This document shows, piece after piece, positions 20,574 to 34,723 of a DNA stretch of 64,000 nucleotides. The DNA is from Orbicella franksi (lineage: Eukaryota). A program made the translations under genes and the position numbers. The notes beneath the pieces are model-generated. The model was not told where the DNA came from, searched no databases, and saw only the letters and a program-made list of their open reading frames with translations. Positions within the stretch are counted from its first letter, which is position 1. Every line of letters starts with the position of its first letter. The stretch spans positions 7,192,001-7,256,000 of the forward strand of contig OZ116701.1 in NCBI GenBank assembly GCA_964199315.1, written 5' to 3'.

Positions 20574-23464
20574 ATGCGTTTGTCTTTTCGAGCTTGTTTT
20601 ATCGCAATCTCGATTATACTGGGCGTGAATGCTGACAAATCTCCCCCATCTTGCCCCAAACCATACGACAAGATGACGGCCTGTAACCTGATTTGTAACA
20701 TGATTCACGATTCGGACGCCAACAATGCCATGAAAATGCTGCAAACAAAACTGGAAAGCCTTACTTCAGTGATCAAGAAACCTTCTTCACATCCAGGTAA
20801 GAAATCTAATTTTGCCAGCATGTTTTCAACCTATTCTTGGATTGACGCATTTCGAAAATAACCGGAGTTTTATATTCTTTGCAGCTGTTCCCGCTTCTTC
20901 ATGTAAGCAACAGTATGAAAAATACAAGTAAGTTGGTTTACACCTTGTATTTTGTTTCAAACTCACTACGGTTTTATTACAGACCTGATCAATCCTTCCT
21001 TAACCCCGCGGGTTTTGTCCAGCTCTCGAAGTTGGTACTTCGTAAAAATCGGGGCCGTTTGGTCAAAACCCGGTTAAGTTAACTCAGGGTTAGAGAGAAT
21101 TTCGATTTTAAAATTAATTTGCAACTTTTCGATAAGTTTTTCTGTTTATTTGCTTTAATTGTCCTTCTGTTTTGAGTTTGAATAATTTCAAACTACAGTG
21201 AAAAGCATTTGTATCCAAGAAAAATTAATACATTCAGTTAAAATAACTTAGCGTTAACCGGCTTTCGAACAACCCGACCCTGGGTTCTAAATCAATATTT
21301 CCCTCCATGTCTATTTGAAAAATTAAAAAGCGCGTTCTCAATTGACGCACTCATTTCATTGCTGCGCTTCCAAAACAATGCGTTACACAGGCACGCAATA
21401 CGTCCATAGGGCGACTTAAATTCTGCGCAATTTTGTGCACTCGACAGGGGGTACGTTTCCATTCCAACAATGAAAAACAACCATAATGTAGAGAGCAAAT
21501 ACTGTAATGTTGAGAGATGCATCTGTCAATTTTAGCAGTGCCTACTCCCCCACGCAAAACTTACTAACAAAAAAGACGGCAAATGCCCCACATCAGTCTC
21601 CAAAAGAAAACAACGGGTGAAAATGTAAAAATGCAGGAATCTGAAACAACATTACCTGCATTTGCTTTCGGTTTATTATTTTGTACAAGCACATTTCATT
21701 GGGTAAATTCAAATTGGTAAATTTAGACAATTTAATATTAAAATGTAAATGTTAAAAAAAAATCCTTAAATACGTGATTCTACATTCAAAAACGAAGAAA
21801 AAGAAGTGAAAAGACTTTTGTGAAACTGATCATGTCATAACATAGGCCTAAAATCAATTTATTCCCATTGATCCGCATTTGATCAAGATAATTGAGCAAT
21901 AACATGTTTGACTACTCAAGAGCAAGACCAAAACCACAAAGGCGCCAAATGCCCCAGGGTTGTCCCATGGGTGGATAAATGCCTGCCCCAGGCATGCACT
22001 TCAAATTCCCCACCTGCTGGCTTAAAGCTCAAACAAATACCCACCTAATACCCAGCCATTAGAAGTTGATTGAAATGCATTTCTTTTCACTCATTACCTG
22101 TATCATTTTTATGATGAAATCACTTTTCGATGGCTACTGTACTTTAATAGGCCTTTTGCAAAACTTAGTGACGTGACCAATTATTAGGAGCATGTTCCAG
22201 TTGCCCAGAAAGAAGCATTCAGACTGGTGTTGTGAAACAGTGACATTTTATGCCAGTTTGAACATTTCAGAAATTTGAAGGTTTTGTGTGAAAGTGAGAG
22301 GACCTTGTAGTTAAATAAATTTACTATAATGCCGTATGTCTGTTAAATTAAAATCTCTAAAAAAGAGACACAGGTGCTACATATACACATGTAACAGCAA
22401 AAAATTGAAAGATCAGGAGGTTTAAAATTAACCATCATAGAGAATGGGAGCCCAGTTAGCCACATTTAGGGTTGGATTTTGTGGTAGTTTAAACATTTAA
22501 AAACTTTGAGGGACTTGTGATGAGAAACACTAGACCGTGACAAAATGGCGATGCTTAAACAAATCCCTTTATTTTCACATGCACACTCCCTTTTGAAATA
22601 ATTTTTGGTCTGAAAATTTGAATGAAAATTCATTTCTGCAGGCTCTTTCTTCACAGAAATTAGGTAATGTGACTAACTTTTGCAAAAGGCCTATTAAATG
22701 GATGAGTTAACCACCATCACTTTGACTGCACACAGGTGGACAAAAAGTCAAGTGCTTCCACTGAAGTTTGGTTCACAAGAGATTCCTGTTTACTGTCACA
22801 TGGGAGACTTTGGATGTGGAGATGGAGGATGGACGCTGGCCATGAAAATTGATGGCGCAAAGGTCTGCAACTCTCTATTATATTCTACCGGTAACCTTAA
22901 CAAACTGCAGTTAGGTAACACATTCTTATTGTTTTTTAGAAAACATTCCACTATGATTCTCAGTTTTGGAGCAACCGAAATGCTTATAATCTTCCAGGAG
23001 GCAAGACTGGCTTTGACCTACAAGAGACCAAGTTACCGACCTACTGGAATACACCCTTCTCTAAGATCTGTCTTGGTATGAAGATCAGCCAACAGATCAA
23101 GTTCATCACCATGACCAAGCAGGCAAACTCTCTGTACTCACTGATTGCTGATGGGAAATACCGCAAAACCTCACTGGGTCGTAGCACATGGAAGTCTCTG
23201 ATTGGCTCCTCAGCCTCATTGCAGACTGGGTGTAATAACGAAGGGTTTAATAATGTTGGAGGTTCTAAATCTTATGCTAGAGCAAGAATCGGCATCCTTG
23301 GAAATGACCAGAGAAATTGCAACACTTGTGATTCCAAAATTGGTTTTGGAATAGGAGGGGCGACAGATGACTCCAACACATGCGGAAACAATGCTATTAA
23401 GGGTTATACTGCAGATAATGGTCCCAAAAACATTAAAGCCATGGGATACATCTTAGTTCAGTAG
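20574..23464 (+). CDS. Secreted protein of the coral skeletal organic matrix protein 5 (USOMP5)-like family, fibrinogen-related N-terminal subdomain, 305 aa
   Basis: Exons 20574-20796, 20885-20927, 22736-22862, 22940-23464; all GT-AG and in frame (918 nt). Signal peptide [20 protein letters not shown]; SSCKQ...[23 protein letters not shown]; [19 protein letters not shown]; terminal GYILVQ. Confidence 0.85.
22146..22695. mobile_element. MITE in intron 2 of the USOMP5-like gene
   Basis: TIR AATAGGCCTTTTGCAAAA ... TTTTGCAAAAGGCCTATT; a related AATAGG-terminated element lies at ~45766-45942. Confidence 0.75.
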
Positions 23465-23559
23465 AGGAACTAGCTTGTTCCTTGCTGTAGAAAAGGCCAT
23501 CAATGCAATAAAGAATACTTGACATCTGACCACTTTTTACTGGTGTTCTTATTCTAAGT

Positions 23560-23757
23560 GACTGACTATCTGTCTGACTGACTGAGCGACTGAGCAACTG
23601 AATGACTACCCACTTGCCCACCTGCTTGCCTGACTCCTGAGACACCACCACCAATTTTTCTGGGAGTACCCCCTGGGGACGCACATGTACAGACGGACGG
23701 ACGGATGGACAGATGGATGAACGCACTGATGACTGACTGACTGACTGACTGACTGAC
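23560..23757. repeat. Compound (GACT)n/(GACG)n/(GATG)n tetranucleotide repeats
   Basis: Direct reading of the sequence. Confidence 0.9.
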
Positions 23758-24968
23758 ATGTGCACATCTGAATAAAAAATTAATCACATATGCTCAGGTC
23801 AACAGCTGGTCCCAAAACGTATGGAATTTTCACCGGTATAAGTGCCAAAAAACACTCAATTTTCAACCAGCAAATTTATTCGCAATTTTTGAAGTAACGA
23901 ATTCATTGAAATTGATTGTTGTTTGAAAGATGGTTAACGCTACCCACGAGTTAAAGTATGAGTATTCATTTTTCCTTTGTAAAATTGTTTTCCCCTGGTT
24001 TTGTTTTGTATAGTTCAGGTTTGAGATTATTCAAACACAAACTGAAGGATCAACAATAGAAAACCTCACCAAAAAGGTTACAGAGCTGTAATCAAAATTC
24101 TTGCCAATCCTGGGTTAGCTTAATTGGGCTTTGAATAACCCGACCCTGAAGTGCTTCTGCTGCCACAGATATAGCCTACAATTTTGCAAGTTCTTCATTC
24201 TGTAATCCATGTCAAGATTACACAGTCTAAATCAACCTTGTTTCTTTGACTTACATGTATTAATCCCTATTCACACCTTCGCACCTTGGTTAAATATTAA
24301 ATTGTTGTTCATTTTAGGGTGATTTGGTGTTTTTTAAAAAAGAGCCTTATATACATACAGTAGTGTGGTCAATTTTTTAATGTACCAACATTTATTAGAA
24401 AGAGCCAGCTTTCCTCTTCTAAAACAACATTTTTATCAATGATAATAAAACATACTTTTTCAAAATCCTTTCCAACTGTTGTACAGCAAAAAAGTACAAA
24501 AATGTGAAGAGAATATAGAGTGTGGGAAGAAAGAAGGAGAAAATATGGTTTGGTCATGCACAGTACATTAAATTACTGGCACATTAGCATACCAAAGGAA
24601 GTAATAATAAAATAACAATTAAACGATCATGGCAGGTAACACTGTCAATATGATAATTAACCAAAATTGAAATTAGAGTGAAATAAAATGATGCATTCTC
24701 TAAGTTGAAAACAAGTCCACACGGTATTTTTATAGTCTGTTTGCTGCACGTCTACCTCAGGTCTATAAGAGCCTGCAAAACTTTGCATACCTCATGGAAG
24801 ATTCTTAAAAATACAGTAATGCTGTTTTGAAGACAGTTAAATAAGATGCTCTCTAATAAACCAACCCTCCCATTCCTTTTTGTTCCTTTCCACCAAGAAA
24901 CAGTGAGTAAAAAAGCAACGATGCCAAGTCTTGTCATTATTGAGTCATAGTGTTCTTTACTAATTGTC

Positions 24969-27900
24969 TTATGATCTGGTGATGTGTAGCTTTGCTAGCC
25001 GTGGTCGACCCTCATTTTCCTGAAAGAAACAAAAAGTTAGAATGGTTTAAACAAATTTATTAGTTCTAGATACCATCCAAAATTCAAAAATTATCTGGGA
25101 GATTGTCAACGTTGCTCAAAGATGCATTGTCTCGATTCTCAGTGCCTAAACATGACCTACACAACAAGTAAAATGGTCCCCAAATTCCATGGAATAAATG
25201 TCATCAGCATCCCACATTACTGGGAAGCGCCTTGCAAGGGTACTCATTCCACGTTCGTGTGCTCCCTTTTGAGATTATTCTCTATTCTCTCTCTTTTTTT
25301 CATTTGTTATGATTTTAGATAAAGTTGTACATATATCTTCCCAATAAAGCTGATTAAAGATTACCAGTGCCCAAGATAATGCCAAAATCAGTTGGAAACT
25401 ACATTGCATGACTTGTAATTGCAGTGTTTTTGTGCCTGGAAGGTTTAGCAACCCATGCTGCACACCAGAAGATTCAGTCTGTCTTCAGGAGAGCATGTTG
25501 GCATACTAGTATGAAGCAGGGTCATCATTAAGGGCTGTAACCTAAAACACACCGGTTATGGCTGAGAATGCTTGATTGCACGCCCTGTTCGGGCCAGGAG
25601 CCGCTGTGGAAGAGCATCACGACTCCCTGTGAGACTAGACTTGTAATGTAGCCACCCTACTGGGGATATTTGTTGTCTTAATGTTATGGGGTGCCAGAAC
25701 ATGTGCTTTTCGCTCGAAGAATTGTACTCATTGTTCGAAGCTAGTACTAGTTTTTCTTCAGATCATTAAAGGGATTGTTTACTGTTGTCAAGAGCAAAGG
25801 TTATTTCGTAGCCTGAACAGAACAGGCCCAAAACACCCCAAATTACTGAGATCCAAGGACTAAATTCGCTTGCAACAAGTGTACACTTTCCTTTCTCACA
25901 TTTTCACTTGTAGTGCATAATTTATTGTTAGCATGTGTTTCCATTTCCACTGACTCTTTCCTATAATTACCTTGAAGTTCATTTTGTTTCCCAAGAACTT
26001 GAGATCAACCAATGGTATAATAGAGGGCCTGTGGAAACAACACCAAACCATGTAGTTATAAATCTACATGAACTGAAATTGTAAATATTATAACAAGCAA
26101 GCTACAGTGTATGTCCTGTAGCATCAAAACTGACATAATCTTGCAGACACTTTCTAATATCAAAGGCCTCCTGAAACTGAAATTTACTTCCTTTTTGTGA
26201 ACTGGTGAAACCAACTAACATTAGTCAAGAGTGGTTTTCATTTGAGTGTCGAAAAGCAATTGGTTTTGCATCAACTATGCTACATGCGTCACTTTTCCAT
26301 TCAATCAGAGGTAAAACCAAAACCAATCGTAACTCATTTGTACAAGTCCTGTTTATGTCAGTTACATGAATGGGCAATTATTTTAAGTTCTGATTGGTTC
26401 ACTGGATTGTCTGTGCCCTTTGTGATTGGTCAGAGTGATTATTTTGGGTTTGGTTTAACAATACTCACTTGAAAACCCCTCTAAATCACCCCTCATTTCT
26501 CTTGTACTTCACAGTTGTTGCTTTTGCACCCACCATGCAAACAGGTTGGGGCATCAAAAGGATCAGCGATAAGATGGTCACTCCACTCACCTGCCATGAG
26601 CACACTGAAAAGGTAACTGACACTTGGACAGACACTTGATGAGCTCCTGACACTCACTTCTACCAAGAGGCTCCCCAAACTTTACAGCACCTGAACAACA
26701 AAAGACACCTAAGGTTTAAATAAGGATAAAATCCCAATTAGTTGGAGTATGGCTACATTGATGTGCGACGTCCTCGTCATTTTTTGCTAGCCATGTTGTC
26801 CATGAAAAAAGAGTTGAATGGTTTTGTAAGTTTAGGCATGCATGTGGTTCTGTTCGTACAGAACTTTATGGTGCTCTGCTTGGCAGCTCTTTGGTCTGCC
26901 AGAGCTCTGCTATTAAGGTTTGAAAATACATGCACAGGTGGTACACTGACATTTGAGCTTTGCATAGTTGCATACACATGTACATGTAAGAAACAAAGAT
27001 GCCAGGAGAATAGTTTAAAACAAGACAGGTGTAAGTGGTTTTTATACCATGGCATGCCTGGGAGCTGATCACTTGAGAGATGACTTTAGGAATCACTGCT
27101 GGTACTCCATGTGTGCTTGTAAGATGCTGTTAAGAAGGGTTAAGAGATGTTATTCATTGTATAATGTACAATTTAAATGTTTTCGACCATAAAAATATTT
27201 CAGTTTTAATTAACAGAAACACCCAGCCCTGGTCATTCAAAGGGCAGATAATGATATCTGTCAAAACAAAATAAGTGCACATAAGTGTTAACAATTTCAG
27301 CTGGTAAAGTAGCCCATGCTGCTGGTGTTTAGTGATTTTTATATCGTGTGACTAGGAGTACAGGTAATTACTTCCTAACATAATTGTCTGGTTGCCCTGA
27401 CAATAAGCAGATGCCCACTGATCCTCCTGGTTTGCAAGAGGTACTATGCAGGAGAAGCCTCTTGCACCAGAACACAAATTTCTACAACTTCAACCTTACA
27501 TGTAACCTAGACCCCTTGCTGATTGTAAAAGTTGAAAATTTTAAGTGTATTTTCAAGGAATAAGTTTTAATTACATTTTTCCTGGTTTCTGACAAACAAA
27601 TGCCCAATCACTTGTGAACAAGTTGAGGAAGGGATTCATTGTCCACCAATGACTGGTAAAACTGCTTGCTTGACACCTTTATGTGGCATTTTCCGATAAA
27701 GAGTGGCAGTGTTGATCCATCAGAGCACAAGAGCTGGAAACTGATATCAGCCACCTTAATTAATGATGCAAACTACCTCATCCATAATCGCTGTTATACC
27801 ACTAACTCCAGACATTCTGTCAATACTTACTTCAAGATGCTCCCTGATCAGCCCCTAATAAGAAATAAAATAACATAATATACATTGAAGAAAGTACATG

Positions 27901-30900
27901 TACCCATTAAGTTGTGTCAATGCTTATCAAAGGGAAAATAACTTAGCCACTTTTTGACAAAAGATGTATTATTACATGTAGACTATCGCATTTTTTGAAA
28001 ACTTTACAGAAACAATATGGGTAATAATCAGACACTGTTATCATCTTGCAAATGTAAATGTAGATCTAAGATGTCACTGGTTTCTGTCTCAGTTGGCTTG
28101 AAATGATAGGAGCATTGAGCTACATATACTACTACTAAGGTTACTTTCATGAAGTATTTTTTGTCATAGATTGTCAGTGACTTTGTCCATCGTCATAAAT
28201 GGTAAAGTAAGTCACAGACAATTCAGTACTCAAGATCAGTCACAATGGAGTGGACAGTACGATAGGCCAACTTTCTTTCCATTACAGAACTTTTTCATAC
28301 AGTTACAAGTAAAGATCACCAAATGATTAGCACAAATTTAGGTCTGTAACGCTCAGTTGTAACAAAAGGTCGGCTAAAATAAATGCTAGACTTCAAATGG
28401 ACATTGGTACCTTGACCAAGCACCAGGAGTCTTGATTCAACAGTCAATCTAACTTATATACATTCATCATTTACTTCAACCAAACATTTTCAAATACTTT
28501 ATGAAAGTCAAGGAATATGGTATACCACAGAGACATAAAATTAATGTAGAAAGAATGTCAGTGATTAACATTACATTTACCTTTACTTTACTGATGGCAA
28601 CTGAAGGCCTTCCACGTTTCACTTCTGATACCTCCCGCTCCACAAACACTGATGGTACACCATGTACAAGGATCACTGTCTCCTGTGAGACTTGTGAAGA
28701 TTCACTGATCACAAAGCGTATTCCAATACGCTCAATTTCAGTCTGAAATGTTTTTAACAGTTGCACTTCTTCTGGAAACAAGGTAAATTCTAAAGGAGGT
28801 GAGACTGAGGACGATTTTATGCAAGGTTTGTCTCTATTCCAGCATATACCTGTATCATCATCTTCAAAGAGTTCTATAAATTAACACAGAAAATACAGTA
28901 CATACATCTCTAGTTATTAACCAAGCACGAGAGCCGTACTGGGAGAATATTAACCAGGCTGAGGTCCTGACATTATGGACTGAGCACAGCAAGATCCAAA
29001 CAAAAAGACCAAGGGCAAACATATATTTCCCTGAAGGGTTCCAAGCAAGCTTGGTGAATAAGAGATTTGTTACAAAAATCCACTATCACAGATTGGAAAT
29101 ACATTCTGTACACCATAATAATTGTGATTCTGATAAAAGATCTGCTTTAACATACATGTACACTCCAATTTATTGCTCTCAATAGAAAAAGAAAGAAAGA
29201 AACGCAGAAGAGAAAGAAAACAAATCTCTCGTACATATAATAATAAATCTTACAGAAAAATAAGCTCAAAAAATTATAAGTGACAAAACATCTGAGGGTG
29301 GTTGCAGCAACTTGCCTTGAAATATTCATGTTGTTTTGCAGCTGTGCGTACCTGATTGTAGATGTTCTAATCGAACTCGCTCATGAGCAGCATGTTGATC
29401 CACTAACACCAGCAAGCCATTGTTTTCTCCTACAAGGATGAAGAAAAGGAGACAAGTGAGTCACAAAATGATTACCACATTTTTGAGGGTGTGTTTAAAA
29501 CATGAAATGGCGAAATAACAAAATGACAAAATGGCACTTAACAGTTAGCCTCAATAGTGCTTTCGTTAGCCTAAATAGCACTCAGGTTAACCTAAATACA
29601 GTCATGTATCAGAAGTTGGCTCTCAATAACTATATGGGTTAACCCTTACAGACAACCGTATCCCACATTGACTCTTATCCTTGATGCCATTTCATCATTT
29701 CACTATTCCGTGTTTTAAACATGTCCTCTTTTTGAGTCAGTAATTATGTAACCTGCCATCAGGCATTGCTTTTTTTCAGGATTTCAGTAGAACTGAATGA
29801 TGTTATTGGCCCATAGTGTTCCCAATGCAAACTTTGGAAATTTGCCACATTTCCACTTTTCCATGCTTACACATAGGGGATACATGGTAAGTTCACTCTT
29901 AAAGGAAACAATCTCACCTTCTTGTGAAACTACCCCGACAATAAACTTCTCATCCAGCTGTCGCAGTACTCGCATGCTTGTCAGCATATCTCTTGTGAAG
30001 CAATATGGGTGAACCACGTTGTGAACTAAGACCTGTGTCTTATCGCTGGCTGCTTTGTTGATCTTCATTATATCCTTGCAAAATATATACAATAAAAACA
30101 CTGATTTTCAAGAATAAGCAATAATGTGAAAACTAAAATAATTAATGTAGTCTTAGGAAATAAAGCAAAAGGAAGGGAGGATTGAAGACCGGAAATCTAG
30201 TGCACAGCAGGACCATTACCACAAAAATTATGACTGAGGCACTGTCCATGGTTAAATTCTCTTTGTAGGGACAGTGCAAATGAGAACTTACAAGGTTTAA
30301 TGTGTGAAAAAGGCCAACATCATTTAAAATGAAATTTTACTCAAAGTGATGCACAGTAGTGTTCACTTGATCTCATTGACAAAAGTAAATGCTTTAATTT
30401 ATGTGCCACTTTACCCATTCCTGTCGATGTGATCTCACCTTTTCTGGTGCAGTAAACACAGGATTCTGCCAAGAACCGAGCAGTTGTGCCACAGTTTTGC
30501 TTCTGTTATTTAACACATCTCGTTCGTAAGCTTGCAACATGTTGGCATCCTTCCATTTGCAGAGCTTTTCTTTCTGTTCTAAGTGTTCCTTGTATAGATC
30601 ATTCAACTGAGACATAGGCAAGTCTGTAATGATAAACTGACCTTAATATTACATCAATGAATGAAGAGGGTGGGAAAGAGAAGGCAACAGGGCAATAAGT
30701 AGAGAAAGTCTAAAGGAGTGACAAAGTAGTCTAGATGTACATGTTTACAAACTTTTTTCCAACCTCCTGATTATTTACTTAAGGCAACTTACAAGATGAA
30801 TACTATTTTCCTTGGCAAAAGTGTCAAGGAAAAAAAAATGCTCTTGATGTTTTAAACCTCCCAGTGTGATTTTTCAAACCACTTTGAATTCCGTGCCCCA

Positions 30901-33900
30901 AAGTATAAAGTCTACAAACTGGGATTGCACTGTAATTTTGCAAAATAACTGAACAACTGAATCCTTCACCAAGTTACACACACAACTTGGGATACTATGT
31001 ATACTAAAAAATGTCCTCGAGAAACCCCTGAGGCCCTGACCCTCCCTAAGATAGGTTATGAGTCCTTTGTACGTTTTCCCTGAGTAGGATTCTGGGTAGG
31101 TCTCATCCCCATTTTGACTGTACTCATTTATAAACCTAGACTATGAGAAGCCTGAGGGTGTGGTGGCCTCATGGTTAGTACGCTTGACTCCAGACAAAGC
31201 AATCCAGGTTCGGGTCCTGGCTGGGGACATTGTGTTGTGATCTTGGGCAAGACACTTTTACTCAGGGTGCCTCTCTCCACCCAGGTGTACAAATGGGTAA
31301 CAGCCAATTTAATGCTGGGGGTAACCCTGTGATGTACTAGCATCCCATCCAGTGGGGAGTAGAAATACTCACTTCATGCTACAGAAACTGGGAAAAGCTC
31401 CGGCCTGATGCGCCACTTGACTCATATGCAGACTTAACCTTTTTTACCCACGAGAAGCACTGTGAGTAAAGTGTCTTGCCCAAGAACATTAATCAGTGAC
31501 CCCCAACCAGCAGACAGGAACTGGACCTCAAGTCCAACTGAACATTAGGCCAGTGCATCTACCACTGAAAGTATTTTGTAACATGTATCGCATACAAGTC
31601 AAGTCAGAAATCAAGTATTACCATTAGTTTTACAAAACAGTAGGTTCGCCAATGACATTATGTGTACATACCTTGAGAACACAGAACACCATTTCCATCA
31701 TCACAAACAGATTTTTGCTGTCTTCGGTCCCCTCGTGGAAGCCATGGAGTGCATGAAAATGACAAGTGGGAAGCACATGGGTGTGGCAAGTGCTGGGAAC
31801 AGTGTTTTCCTATCTCATTAGCTTCAGGTACAATCTGCCCAAAGCAGTCATCATCTTTAATGCTAAATCTGCAGGGAGCTTGAAAAGATGAGTGCCCAGT
31901 TCGAGTGTTGATGAAGACTTTTTTTCCAAGTAGCACATCAAATGTACAATGCCAGTCCTCATTGGGAAAGTTTGTTCTTTCATCAATGTCATTATTATCA
32001 ACTGATATTAATTTAGGCTCTGAGTTTGACTCTGCCATCACTGAGCAATGATTTTCATCCTGCTCCAGAAACACTTCATTTCCTTCGCTCTCTTTCTGAA
32101 CACAGTCAAAATATTCTGTACGTTTGTGTGCATTCCTTTGTTTTGCAGTAACATTTAAGTTTGAACCCACACAGCTTAGACTGTCATGTTCTTCACAATA
32201 CTTGTTTTCAGTGCTAAATCTTGTCCCACACATTTGGCCCCCAGAATCTCCCAAACATGGTTGGATGAAATTGTTAGAATGATCTGTCTCAAAGGTCTTG
32301 TCAATTGGCACAGACAAACCAGAAATGGAAGCATCGCAGTTAACTTCACTGTTGTATATGGCAGTATTTGACAATGTGCATGTACCAGTTCGAGTCACAA
32401 TATTATCACCAGAGGTTGCCGAAAGCTTACTGCTACAATTATCTTCAGGCTTGTGTGTATTGTGGCTACAGTTTGTATCACAATCCCTACCTTCTCCAAC
32501 CTTAACATTAGCTAATAATTGTCCTGCGTTATTGCAACCACATCTAACTCTTCTTTGACAGCCTCTGTGTAATGTGATGAGTTTTCTATTCTTTGATGGC
32601 AATGCCAGCTCAGCTACAGATGTTTCCTTGCTGCTCTGATGTCTCTTTCTTGTGCACTGCCCTTTCAGTGTGATAGGGCGTGGAGAAGTAAATGCCGGCA
32701 TTGTGAAAGTTCTTGCTTTGTTAATCTTTGTGCTAGAGGTTTTAGTTCTTCTACGTAATGCAACAGAGGGCTCTGGGTCATGACTTCTGCTTGACAGAGG
32801 TGTAAATCTTTCCAATTTAGATGAGTGAACAAAACCATTGCTTTTTACCGGCAGACAGTCAGGTTTCTCAACAGAGACTGATAAACCCAAGACCTCATCA
32901 CATGTAGTTCTTGTGAATGTACTAGAAGTACATACTCTACCATTACCATTCTTGCTTGAGAGGTCATTCAAAAGAGTTGTTGTATGGTGCCCGACACCAT
33001 TATCACCAGAATGACTGGAAGAAATGTGTTCCAGGTCACTTAGAACACAACAATTGCTGACATCTGACAATGCGCATACAAGATCTGCAGTTGCACATAT
33101 ATCATCTGTTTCATTTTGAACCTCTTTGACAGCGACTGATTTAGTAATTGAGGCACAGCCTTCTGCGTGAGGTACATGGCATGTCTTGTCATTACAAGCA
33201 ACTTGCTTTGTACTTTCATTCAAGTGTTTTGCATCTTTGTTGGTGCAAAAAGAGAAATGTTTGTCTACATTTATTGTCACAGTATCTGAGACTGCTACTC
33301 TTGAAACAGACTCAGAACCCAAAGCTGTGAGATCTCCAGAAATAAAATCATTTGAGGTTGCCTTAGCATCACAATTGATGTGACTGAGTTTTCTATCAGA
33401 ATGTAAAAAATCTGAAAGCCCTTTCTCAATGCAGCTAGAAGTTTTCTCTTGGCTCACACATTCCCTTTTTGACCTAAACACAGTGGAGGAGTGTAGACTT
33501 TTCTTCACATTACTCGTTTCAATCTCTCTTTTGTACTCAAAAGCCTCAAGATTTGTGGGGCGCCATGAATCCCCTGAGTGACAGTCGTCATCATTAGCTT
33601 CCGATTCTGTTGAGTTTGCAGAATCATCAAAGTTTAAAATCAAATTGTTTTTAATTAGAAATTCTTCAATACATCTTTTTGTGCAATAGAGGACTTTGTC
33701 CCAGTCCTGAAATTCAATCAAAGTCTTTGCTGGTTCAAGGCAAATGTCAAATTCAGTGACAAGACACTCTATGTTGAGGACAAAAATGCCATATTTGTCA
33801 ACAATCTTTCCATGTTGAGGACTTGTTGTTTTAGTCTGATAACCTTCTGATCTGATACTTTCTTTAACCTCAACCAAAGGCAATTTTCTTAAAAGCTCGG

Positions 33901-34723
33901 ATTTCCCAAGAATGTTATTAACCAGCTTGTGAATACTTGTCTTCAATAGCAGACGGCCATTGACAAACAAAAATTGCAAGCTCTTACTGTGGTGAGTGTC
34001 AGTTGAAATGAGACCTGAAACTTTGAAATTCTTGTGCTCAAATGTGACTGGCTGCAGATTCTTGGATCTTTGATTACCAAACAGCTGAGAGAAAGTGGAG
34101 ACAACCGACTTGCAGACATGAGTTTGCAGGCATTTTGAACCAGTTGAATCATTAATTAACAAGAATGATGTCTTAGGGTGAATGAGAGCAATGGATGCAA
34201 TTCTGTGCCGAACACGTTCAAAATCAAGAATTTCAGAGACGGTTTTCCGCCTTACTGGAAGGTTTGCGAAAATGCCATGAATTGTTACACTTGTTCCAGC
34301 GCTAGTTCTTGGAAATCTAGACTCTGTGAGTTCCAGAACTTGCGAATTTCGAAAGATTTTGCAGTAAGTGTGATAAGAAGACCGGTGGCGAGTGACTAAT
34401 TCTAGCACATCGCACATCTCACGTAAGCTTGCAAGCGCTTCTCCTCTGAATCCGTAAAAACTCAGCTGTTGCAGATCTTCAAGAACGTGGCATTTACTAC
34501 TCGAGTATCGTTCTCCGACAGATTTCAGATCACCAAAGGCGATTCCATTACCATTGTCAGACACTTGAATCTTGAAATTAGGGATGTCTATTCGAACTGT
34601 TATGCAGGAAGCTTCAGCATCCAGGCTGTTCAAAATAAGTTCTTCCACACACTGCGTCAGGTTTGTGATAGCGACCCCTGATCTCAAATGGGAACGTACT
34701 TCTTCCTGCAAAGGGCGGATCAT
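24969..34723 (-). CDS. MLH3: DNA mismatch repair protein MLH3 (MutL homolog 3), ~1358 aa, 10 coding exons
   Basis: Exons 34723-31672, 30623-30439, 30074-29918, 29429-29352, 28873-28581, 27854-27831, 27126-27048, 26690-26591, 26028-25971, 25019-24969; splice phases consistent. GHKL ATPase motifs (EELILNSLDA, DNGNGI, GFRGEAL), endonuclease motif DQHAAHERVRLE, QACHGAVKF and CAHGRP. The last exon (ENEGRPRLAKLHITRS*) is the least certain. Confidence 0.95.
26228..26483. mobile_element. MITE in an MLH3 intron; related copy at ~48626-48879 in ACTR10 intron 4
   Basis: AGAGTGGTTTTCATTTGAGT ... ACTCACTTGAAAACCCCTCT inverted termini; internal CCAATC/GATTGG motifs shared by both copies. Confidence 0.7.
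31155..31447 (+). mobile_element. tRNA-derived SINE (family also at 50878 and 62698), followed by an inverted 5' fragment at ~31459-31560
   Basis: GTGGCCTCATGGTTAG (box A), GGTTCGGGTCC (box B), TTGGGCAAGACACTTT...CCACCCAGGTGTA core, 3' CCTGATG..CACTTG..CTCATATGCAGACTT. Confidence 0.88.

Noticed and set aside
22642-22663. 22-nt AG/GT-bounded micro-exon phase-compatible with replacing exon 2 of the USOMP5-like gene
   Set aside because: Lies inside a MITE, the donor comes from its TIR, and it lacks the conserved SC motif supplied by 20885-20927.
25801-25812. Alternative MLH3 terminal exon (ATK*)
   Set aside because: The exon at 25019-24969 has a much stronger acceptor (CTAAC plus pyrimidine tract) and an RPRLAKL sequence resembling the MLH3 C-terminal motif.
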